DNA of 64,000 nucleotides from Gammaproteobacteria bacterium (GTDB lineage Bacteria; Pseudomonadota; Gammaproteobacteria; DSM-16500): NCBI GenBank assembly GCA_031291255.1, contig JARLJN010000071.1, positions 7,625 to 71,624 of the forward strand, read 5' to 3'. Shown piece by piece: positions 56,265 to 64,000 of this stretch (position 1 is its first letter; each line of letters starts with the position of its first letter). The notes under the pieces were generated by a model. It saw only the letters and a program-made list of their open reading frames with translations, ran no database searches and was not told where the DNA came from. The position numbers and the translations under genes were made by a program.

Positions 56265-58217
56265 TTATGCAAGCCATTTAACATTGTTTGTTTTTCTGAC
56301 CCACGCAGATGCTTCCTGGAATTTTTTAGGGAGTTGTTTCATGTCTGCTTTAGCCTCATGTGCTGTTTTATAATGACCGATGGTCAGTATGTACCAATCA
56401 TTTCCATTATGTTTTGTTTGGCCATAATAACTATTTTGTTTGATAGGAAGTTTGGATTGTAAGTTTAGAATATCCGATAAGTGATAGCTTCCAAAAATCT
56501 GCACCGTATAAGGTGATGAAGTTAAGTCTGGCGTAGTAGACGCTTTCTGTGTGGGTGCTGTCAATTTAGTGGATGCCATTATTTTTTGAGTTGGTATCTT
56601 TTGCTTTTTAATATTAGTTATCGCAATTTTATGAACGTTCGTTTTTTTCAAAAACTTTTCAGATTTTGTTGCAACAGTAAGATGTTGGGTATTGTTAGTT
56701 TTATTAAATAATGTTGCGTATGTATTATCTATATATTTATTGAAATCTAATACTTTTTGAAGCGCAAAATTATCTTTTATTAATTTTGTGAGTTCAGGAA
56801 TAGATTTATTTTCAACATCGACAGGCAAGATGTCAGAACCAGTAGAAAGATATAATTCACCTAATGCTGTAGATAAATCCGATAGCAATAGATCTTCATC
56901 CATTCTGCTGGTTAAAGCATGTAATTTTGCAAGAATAACCTGTTGATTGCTTGCTAGCGATGCCAGTTCACGATTGTGATTTAACGTATATAATGCTTCT
57001 GCATTTTCAGTTTGCTTATGTGCAATAGCATATTCTTCACTGAGAGTTTGATAATGCCAATAAGCATAACGTGTTTCAGTGAGTACAGTAATTGTGAGCG
57101 CCATTCTTTTTAATTTTTCATATTTTACTTGTATCTTAGCTGTAGTATAAGTTGTAGGTAATGAAGCTAAATTGAGTAAGTTCCAGGCTACATCCATAGA
57201 GCGATCTATCCACAGACGGTTAATCAAATATTTATTACTGTTATAGTTCCATCCTTCATTCAAGGTAATGCCTGGAAGAGCCTGTAATATAGCTGTTTTA
57301 ACGCCAAATTCAGCTATTCTTTTTTGGTATTCCTGCCCGCGTAATTCAGGACGTGTGGTTAATGAGATGGCATCTAATTTTTTAAAATCTAAATTTTTTA
57401 AATTTTGCGCATGCGTTAAAGCAGCAGGAGGCCGCAGTAAAATAATTTTTTGATCTGGCGGTAAGTCGAGTAAATGTCGTAGATCTAATATTGCCTTGTC
57501 GTATTTATATTTCAGTTGTACGAGTCGTCTATTCCCTTCAAGAAGGGCAGCTTGATAATTTAAAATATTTTCTTGAGGAATGGTTTTATCGGCTACAGCG
57601 AGAACTAATCTTTCTTTTGATTGATTGAGCAAGTGTTGAAATTCTCGAGTGCTAGTCATTAATTGTTGCGCGTTATAGGCGCTCCAATAAGCGACTAAAA
57701 CATCTTGTGTTAATGTTTGTACTTGTTTGCGACCTTCTTCTTCTGCAATTAAAATTCTTTCACTTTGTTGTCTGGCACGTACATAACCTAAACCAAAATC
57801 TAAGATATTCCAGCTTAATGCGCCGCGAGCACTGCGTAACGTTTGAGGTGTAGAGTTTAACACATCTGTAATTTGGCCCGTCGTGGTCGTTCCGAAACTA
57901 GACATTGCATTATTACGACTATAAAGTGATCCTGACGTATTAAAAGCAGGAAACATGGTGAATTCAGCCACGTTCAATTGGCCAGCTTGTAGAGCGTAAT
58001 TCACTAATTTAATTCGGTAATCGAGATTATATTTTAAGCTGCGGGCTAACGCTTCGTAGTAGTCTATTTTTTTTGGAAGATTTTTTTGGGGATCAAATAA
58101 TTCTTTAATGTCTTGCTGCGCTTCAGAATAACGGGTTTCCACAGAAATGGGATTGGATTTTAAACTGCAAGCAGTCAACAAACTAATAATGCAAAAAATT
58201 AATCCCTTTTTGATCAT
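56265..58217 (-). CDS. TolC-family outer-membrane lipoprotein with a C-terminal SPOR (peptidoglycan-binding) domain
   Basis: The ATG at 58217 follows AAGGA. Lipobox LLTAC. Two OEP repeats. The last ~85 aa (YTVQIFGSY...NGNDWYILTIGHYKTAHEAKADMKQLPKKFQEASAWVRK) align by eye with the DamX/FtsN SPOR domain. Confidence 0.85.
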   Translation of the reverse strand: MIKKGLIFCIISLLTACSLKSNPISVETRYSEAQQDIKELFDPQKNLPKKIDYYEALARSLKYNLDYRIKLVNYALQAGQLNVAEFTMFPAFNTSGSLYSRNNAMSSFGTTTTGQITDVLNSTPQTLRSARGALSWNILDFGLGYVRARQQSERILIAEEEGRKQVQTLTQDVLVAYWSAYNAQQLMTSTREFQHLLNQSKERLVLAVADKTIPQENILNYQAALLEGNRRLVQLKYKYDKAILDLRHLLDLPPDQKIILLRPPAALTHAQNLKNLDFKKLDAISLTTRPELRGQEYQKRIAEFGVKTAILQALPGITLNEGWNYNSNKYLINRLWIDRSMDVAWNLLNLASLPTTYTTAKIQVKYEKLKRMALTITVLTETRYAYWHYQTLSEEYAIAHKQTENAEALYTLNHNRELASLASNQQVILAKLHALTSRMDEDLLLSDLSTALGELYLSTGSDILPVDVENKSIPELTKLIKDNFALQKVLDFNKYIDNTYATLFNKTNNTQHLTVATKSEKFLKKTNVHKIAITNIKKQKIPTQKIMASTKLTAPTQKASTTPDLTSSPYTVQIFGSYHLSDILNLQSKLPIKQNSYYGQTKHNGNDWYILTIGHYKTAHEAKADMKQLPKKFQEASAWVRKTNNVKWLA

Positions 58218-58547
58218 TTTGATTCCTTGGGCCCACACTTACCTATTTTTCACGGACTCAATCTAATTCAATCTAACAGGATAATAATTTATTTTTTTTA
58301 TGATTTTTAGAATACGAAAAACAGCTTCTTGCGAAGCCTATCATTGATACGAAATAGATACAAATCTTGTTTTAAGCTTCATCTTCCTCATTCCATTAGC
58401 TTATTGACTCTAAACGCATTTAACTTATTGATTTTAAAAGCAATCATAATGTCTAGGCTCGCAGTAAATAACCCTAAATATGGACTATACTATAGAGGTA
58501 ACTCATGTTTGTTAATTGGCAACCAACGATAAAAAGTGGTGTCTTTG

Positions 58548-61500
58548 ATGAAAATAAAAGGAGAACCTAAAAAGCGTAAACAAAAATATTCTTCGCTAAA
58601 ACAAGCACTTGAACCACGTATGGTTTATGATGCAAGCGTAGCTGTGGATACGCATGCCCAAGATTCGAGTGTTACAGACACTGCTACACCTGCTAGTACC
58701 ACGGACACCGCCATAAAAAGTGTCACTGCTACCCCCCAAAGTGAGGCAGCAGCATCCAGCATATCGACCCCTGCAGATACGAGTAAAGTATCAGCAGCGG
58801 TTAAGGCGAGTGCTGATGCAAGTCAGTCAACCAGTACTGTTGATACTAGTGTTCCTGCTAATACCGATACTTCAAATACAGCAGTGACTCAAGACTTTGC
58901 TCAATTTACGGGTCCTGCCAAAGAGTTAGTTTTTATCGATTCACGTGTTCAGAATCCACAGGCTTTGTTACAAGGTATTTCTTCTAATGCAGAAGTGCAT
59001 TTTATAGATCCTACTCAAGATGGTATTAACCAAGTTGATGCTGTATTAAAAGCAGAGCAAGCACCTGTGTCTGCAATTTATATTTTATCGCATGGTAGTA
59101 GTGGATCAATTGAGCTGGGAAATACTGAGTTAACTGATCAAGCTTTAAAATCGGTTTATGCAAATGAAATTGCGAGCTGGCAGTCTCATCTGACTTCAAA
59201 TGCTAACATTTTGTTGTATGGGTGTGATGTTGCTCAAGGGGCATTGGGTCAACAATTTGTAACCGATTTAAGTCACATAGCAGGTGAGGCTGTTGCTGCA
59301 TCGACTGATATGACAGGGAGTGCAGCTCTCGGTGGAAATTGGAATTTAGAATATGATAGTGGTGTTATTACATTATCTGCTACCGATGTATTTGCAGGTC
59401 AAGCCTTATCAAATTATGGCTATTTAATGGCGCAGCCTGTAGTTGATTTAAATGGACCCACTTCCTTAGTTGTATCTGATAATTTTTCATCAGGAACTTT
59501 TTCTGGCGGCACAAGCAACATAGCTACCACCTGGTCTACTCCTTGGACCGAATTTGATGTTTCATATAATCGTGCATTTGTTCCTGGAGGAACAGATACC
59601 AATAGTATTAGTGATCCTACAGCTGGAAATATAGTTATTCCCTCTGTGGCAACGGGAGGCACAGTCCCAGGGTTGGGAACAGCAACAGAGTTAGCTATAC
59701 TCGGACATAGTGTACAATCTGGTGACTCGATTCAGCGCTCAATTGATCTGCAAGCTTATACTTCAGGGTCACTTAGTATTAGTTATAGTACAGCAGGATT
59801 GTCGTCTACTGATGCGATTGAGGTGCAAGTATCGAATAATGGTGGTGTAACATTTACTACGCTTGGAATATTAGCAAATAATACATCAAGTACTACTCAA
59901 ACATTTGATATATCAAATTATCTTTCGACCGATACCACGATTCAATTTAAAGTTTATAGCGGTTTTAATGTGAGTGATACGCAACAATTTTTATTAACGA
60001 ATGTTGCAATAAACGCTTCGGGTAATAATTATACTGGTACCTTTGCTGAACAAACACAAGCAACAACATCTGTTCCCATAGTGGCATCCAATATGGTTAT
60101 TACGGATTCTGGAAATATAACCAGTGCTACTATTACATCGACTAATTTTCAAACTTCTGATGTGTTAGCTATTGGAACGATTCCCTCTACTATTACGGCT
60201 GTTGTCAATAATACAACTGGTATAGTGACTCTCAACAGCGTATCTGGGTCTGGTGCAAGCACAGCTGATTTTCAAACAGCGATGGAGGCTATTACTTTTA
60301 ATAATCCATCGCCATTACTTAGCCAGGCTATGCGTAGTTTTAATGTTACTGTGACAGATGCAGCTGGTATAACCAGCGCTCCTGCTACATCTTATATTGA
60401 AATAACACCTTACAATTATCCAACTGTTATTAATCCTCAAGCTATCACAGCAAGCACGGATGCTACTACGAGTGGTATGTTGTTTAACAATGCAAGTTTA
60501 ACTGCAGAGAGGACTGTATCGAGTGTTTATAATTATGATCCCGATACATTAGGTTTAACAGCAGCTCTAGTTACACAAGCAACACAAGGTACTGCGGTTG
60601 TTAATTCGAATGGTACTTATACTTACACACCAAATGCAGGTGCAACCGGTACAGACAGTTTTCAATATTCTCTGACTAGTCAAGCTCAAGTCGTTGGACA
60701 AAATTATCAAGAGTGGAACGCAACTATAACAACTAGTCTCCTTTCGCAATTTTCAACTTTAGGTACTCCTAATGCTGTTGGTTATTCATCAGGTTATAAT
60801 GTGGATGCTATAGTCAAATCACTCACTGGTGTTGCAGCAAATGGATATGCTAATGCCATAAATCCAAATGGATTAAATGATTTTGTTGTTAACTTTACGA
60901 GTACCCTTAATATTAAAACAGCGGGAACTTATACGTTTTATAGTGGTTCTGATGATGGATCCTTGCTTTATGTTGATGGCCAGTTAGTCGTAAATAACGA
61001 TTTAACTGCTGGTGGACATTCTTATGGTGTAGTTAGCGGAGCCATCACTCTCGCTGCAGGCTTACACACTATTGATGTGCAATATTATCAAGGAATTGGC
61101 CAAGAAATTGAGGTAGCTTCCTATCAAGGTGCTGATACAGGTGGCCTGATAGCTAATTTAAGTGCTGTAGGCACAGTACTTGCTAATGCAACGGTGACGG
61201 GTACAGTGAATGTTACTTTGCAAAGTACCGGCCCTCTTATTGCGACTGGGGCAGATGTATATGCCCTAGATAATTTTGCAACGCGAGCTTATAGCAATAA
61301 TAGTGGCACTATAAATTTTGCTGGTAATTGGGTTGAAACTAATGATGGAACTGCTAGTGCAACTTCTGGAAAAATTCAAGTAACCAGCAGCAGTCAACTG
61401 CAAATTCAAAATGAAAGGAGTGGTTCTGCAGATTATATTACTCGATCTATCAATTTACTTGCAGCATCTGGAATTAATCCAACTTTAATTGGAACAACAT

Positions 61501-64000
61501 TATCTTTTAATTACGCAATTACGAATGCAGAAGCCAATGGTGTGCAAGTCCAAATTTCTTCGAATGGCGGCTCTACATGGACAACCTTAGATACTTTATC
61601 TAGTGCAACTTCACCTGCAAGTGGCTCGAAATCATATAACATTTCTGCCTATAGCAGTGCTACGACAGAAGTACGTTTCATGGCAGTGAATGCAACTACA
61701 ACTCAGACTTTAGAAATCACTAACTTTAGAGTAGATGCAACACAAGTTAACTACACCGCTCCTACTTATTACGAACGCGGAACAGCTGTTGCTATTGGAT
61801 CTAGCACTACTGCTGCTACTAATACAGATGGTAATAGTATCGCAAGTGCTGTAGTCGCAATTACAAATTATCAAGCAGGAGATCTACTTACTTATGATAA
61901 TTCTGTTTCAGGTATTACTGCGGTCTATAGTAACGGAACTTTAATATTAACGGGTACTAACACGAGTGCACAATATGCATTAGCGTTACAGCATGTTTTC
62001 TACAGCAGTACAATCTTAAATCCTTCAAATGTGACTCGTACGATTAATGTTAGCTTGAAAGATACATCTAATATTACAAGTAATACGGCCGTGACAAGCA
62101 TAGCTGTCGTTGATGTAAATGATCCACCTGTGGGTATAGCTCAAACGGTAGGAACATCACTCAATACAAATTATGTTTTTTCACTTTCTAATTTTCCGTA
62201 CACCGATCCTCAGAATAATGCATTAGCAGATGTCATTATCACCACCGTTCCAAGTACTTCACAAGGAATATTGCAATTTTATAATGGCACTAGCTGGACG
62301 ACAGTGACAGCAGCCGAGTCGATTACTGTTGCTAGTATTACTTCTGGTTATTTGCGTTTCGTACCTACTGCAGGTTATTCAGGTGCGGCAACTTTTACAT
62401 TCCAATTACAAGATAACGGTAGTACTGCAAATGGCGGAGTGACTGTTGATCCAACACCTAAAACTTTTACTGTAGGTGTTTTATCAGGACCGAATACACC
62501 ACCACAGCTTTCCAGCAACTTAACTTTAGCGCCTATTCTTGAAAATAATCTTACGCCTTCAGGTAGCTCAATCAGTGCGCTAGCGAGTGGTGTTTTTGTT
62601 GATCCAGACGCAAATTCGTTTTTATCGGGCATAGCAGTAGTGGGGAATACAGCAAATGCTACTACTCAAGGTGTTTGGCAATATTCAACAAATGGAACGA
62701 CTTGGTATAATGTTGGAACCGTAGGTGATAACACTACGGCCTTAGCTTTATCAGCCGCAGCTGATTTGCGTTTTGTTCCAGTCGCGAATTATAGTGGCAC
62801 ACCGCCTTCGTTAGTTATTAGAGCGCTGGATAATACATATTCGGGTACCTTTACGAGTGGTGCAACACTTGCTCACATTAATTCTGCACTTAATGGCGGT
62901 ACTAGCGCGATTGCTAGCAGTACAAATACAATTTCTACTTCCGTGACTTTTCTGAATACAGCACCTGTTTTAATAGCAAATAATCCTGCGCTGAACTCTA
63001 TTAGCGCAACGAATGTTAATAATAGTGGCCAGTTAGTCTCAACCTTAATTAGCACTTCAGTGGTTGCCAATGAGAGCCAAATCATAGATCCTGATACAGG
63101 TGCAGTTCAAGGTATCGCGATTATAAGCGTCGCTGGATCGCAAGGTACTTGGCAATATTCACTTGATGGCACTACTTGGATAAACATCCCTACGGTTTCT
63201 GTAGGTTCTGCGTTGTTATTGAGTTCAACAGATTATATTCGATTTGCACCAAATGGAACTTCAGCAGGTTCAGGTGCAATTACTTATCGCGCTTGGGACC
63301 AAACATCAGGGACTGTTGGTACTGAAGTTGATACTACACTTAATGGTGGAAGTACGGCTTTTTCTATTACGGTTGATACAGCAACGATTATTACTGCTAG
63401 TCCCTCAGGTCCTTTATTATCGGGTACGAATTCTGCTGCTAACTATGTTGAAAATGCGGCTACGGCTTCAATTGCTGACTCATTAATTACGGTTACGGAT
63501 AGTGGGAGTACAACGCTTGCTAGTGCTACAGTAACGGTCGCAAGTAATTTTGTGTCAGGTCAAGATGTTCTTGCTTTTACAAATACTGGCGCAACCGCTA
63601 TGGGCAATATTACGGGTAGCTATAATTCAACTACTGGTGTCATGACATTAACTTCATCGGGTTCTACCGCTACACTTGCACAATGGCAAACAGCATTAGC
63701 TGCTGTGACTTATAAAACAACTAGCACTAGTTCTCTTAATACAACACGTGCTATTAATTTTCAAGTGACTGATGCTCATGGCTTGTCCGGGAATGTTTTA
63801 ACAGAGACTCTTTCCGTTGTTCCTGTCAGTTTAGCTCCTGTAGGAACTAACAATGCATTTACTATAACTGATAACGCATTTCATGTATTTGCGGCTGCAG
63901 ATTTTGGCTTTACCAATACAGCAAATTCACCTCCATATAGCTTGTTAGCTGTTGAAATTACACAGTTACCCACTTCGGGAACACTGACTGATAATGGCGT
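58548..64000 (+). CDS. giant repeat adhesin, N-terminal 1817 codons (open to the window end): DUF4347 head, PA14 domain, cadherin-like/adhesin modules
   Basis: Basic N-terminus followed by LEPRMVYDAS. DUF4347 block (ELVFIDSRV...IYILSHGSSGSIELG...ILLYGCDVAQG...AASTDMTGSAALGGNWNLEY), about 58920-59370. PA14-like block (TAGTYTFYSGSDDGSLLYVDGQLVVNND), about 60880-61140. Repeated DVNDPP/NTAP...GxWQYS..G..W modules. I spot-checked the frame at 58548-59460 and 63960-64000. The absence of any competing long plus-strand ORF in the track fits one ORF running off the edge. Confidence 0.85.
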   Translation, partial: MKIKGEPKKRKQKYSSLKQALEPRMVYDASVAVDTHAQDSSVTDTATPASTTDTAIKSVTATPQSEAAASSISTPADTSKVSAAVKASADASQSTSTVDTSVPANTDTSNTAVTQDFAQFTGPAKELVFIDSRVQNPQALLQGISSNAEVHFIDPTQDGINQVDAVLKAEQAPVSAIYILSHGSSGSIELGNTELTDQALKSVYANEIASWQSHLTSNANILLYGCDVAQGALGQQFVTDLSHIAGEAVAASTDMTGSAALGGNWNLEYDSGVITLSATDVFAGQALSNYGYLMAQPVVDLNGPTSLVVSDNFSSGTFSGGTSNIATTWSTPWTEFDVSYNRAFVPGGTDTNSISDPTAGNIVIPSVATGGTVPGLGTATELAILGHSVQSGDSIQRSIDLQAYTSGSLSISYSTAGLSSTDAIEVQVSNNGGVTFTTLGILANNTSSTTQTFDISNYLSTDTTIQFKVYSGFNVSDTQQFLLTNVAINASGNNYTGTFAEQTQATTSVPIVASNMVITDSGNITSATITSTNFQTSDVLAIGTIPSTITAVVNNTTGIVTLNSVSGSGASTADFQTAMEAITFNNPSPLLSQAMRSFNVTVTDAAGITSAPATSYIEITPYNYPTVINPQAITASTDATTSGMLFNNASLTAERTVSSVYNYDPDTLGLTAALVTQATQGTAVVNSNGTYTYTPNAGATGTDSFQYSLTSQAQVVGQNYQEWNATITTSLLSQFSTLGTPNAVGYSSGYNVDAIVKSLTGVAANGYANAINPNGLNDFVVNFTSTLNIKTAGTYTFYSGSDDGSLLYVDGQLVVNNDLTAGGHSYGVVSGAITLAAGLHTIDVQYYQGIGQEIEVASYQGADTGGLIANLSAVGTVLANATVTGTVNVTLQSTGPLIATGADVYALDNFATRAYSNNSGTINFAGNWVETNDGTASATSGKIQVTSSSQLQIQNERSGSADYITRSINLLAASGINPTLIGTTLSFNYAITNAEANGVQVQISSNGGSTWTTLDTLSSATSPASGSKSYNISAYSSATTEVRFMAVNATTTQTLEITNFRVDATQVNYTAPTYYERGTAVAIGSSTTAATNTDGNSIASAVVAITNYQAGDLLTYDNSVSGITAVYSNGTLILTGTNTSAQYALALQHVFYSSTILNPSNVTRTINVSLKDTSNITSNTAVTSIAVVDVNDPPVGIAQTVGTSLNTNYVFSLSNFPYTDPQNNALADVIITTVPSTSQGILQFYNGTSWTTVTAAESITVASITSGYLRFVPTAGYSGAATFTFQLQDNGSTANGGVTVDPTPKTFTVGVLSGPNTPPQLSSNLTLAPILENNLTPSGSSISALASGVFVDPDANSFLSGIAVVGNTANATTQGVWQYSTNGTTWYNVGTVGDNTTALALSAAADLRFVPVANYSGTPPSLVIRALDNTYSGTFTSGATLAHINSALNGGTSAIASSTNTISTSVTFLNTAPVLIANNPALNSISATNVNNSGQLVSTLISTSVVANESQIIDPDTGAVQGIAIISVAGSQGTWQYSLDGTTWINIPTVSVGSALLLSSTDYIRFAPNGTSAGSGAITYRAWDQTSGTVGTEVDTTLNGGSTAFSITVDTATIITASPSGPLLSGTNSAANYVENAATASIADSLITVTDSGSTTLASATVTVASNFVSGQDVLAFTNTGATAMGNITGSYNSTTGVMTLTSSGSTATLAQWQTALAAVTYKTTSTSSLNTTRAINFQVTDAHGLSGNVLTETLSVVPVSLAPVGTNNAFTITDNAFHVFAAADFGFTNTANSPPYSLLAVEITQLPTSGTLTDNG

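Noticed and set aside
58329-58532. 67-aa ORF in the divergent spacer between the TolC-SPOR gene and the adhesin gene. I considered it as a possible precursor peptide for the S2P system.
   Set aside because: TTG start with no Shine-Dalgarno sequence. The sequence is hydrophobic and basic and looks like translated AT-rich spacer. There is no Gly-Gly or leader-like motif. It is not supportable without comparative data.
1-64000. I looked for CRISPR arrays, tandem DNA repeats, IS/transposase genes, integrases, toxin-antitoxin pairs, restriction-modification genes and other defence genes.
   Set aside because: I saw no direct-repeat/spacer periodicity, no transposase or recombinase motifs (DDE, Tyr/Ser recombinase) and no defence-type ATPase or nuclease ORFs. 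The adhesin repeats diverge at the DNA level and are protein-domain repeats only.

Overview
This 64-kb window is low-GC chromosomal DNA that looks gammaproteobacterial. Gene content and effector-like genes resemble Legionellales, but that is only a guess. I saw no rRNA, tRNA, CRISPR array, IS element, integrase or phage genes.

Gene content, left to right:
- (a) A small islet of secreted or effector-like proteins: an L,D-transpeptidase, a trypsin-like protease, a YopJ-family acetyltransferase-like protein, a small partner ORF and an outer-membrane barrel.
- (b) A Zn-alcohol dehydrogenase.
- (c) A long minus-strand sugar-phosphate operon, pgm-gnd-tkt-tal-pgi. A visibly GC-richer phosphoketolase gene and a type-III P-type ATPase gene sit at its distal end. 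It is divergent from zwf-pgl.
- (d) An RND pump and an outer-membrane factor with no adaptor gene, then a DUF202 protein and a decayed PAP2-like pseudogene.
- (e) A metal ABC importer operon translationally coupled to a second type-III P-type ATPase.
- (f) A cyclic beta-1,2-glucan locus: HAD phosphatase, cytoplasmic GH144-like protein, a 2864-aa Cgs/NdvB synthase, and an adjacent RbbA/YhiH-type ABC tripartite exporter with a NodT lipoprotein.
- (g) A degenerate GGDEF-EAL protein.
- (h) The most unusual part: a four-gene operon encoding a TolC-family lipoprotein fused to a SPOR domain, two membrane-fusion proteins (one with a cytoplasmic GAF-like domain), and a site-2-protease (M50) fused to a third adaptor-like domain. 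No ABC, RND or MFS energiser is encoded in it.
- (i) Divergent from that operon, the 5' 5.4 kb of a giant DUF4347/PA14 repeat adhesin that runs off the window.

All calls come from reading motifs in the supplied translations and the DNA. No searches were run, and the GC statements are hand counts of a few 60-nt lines.
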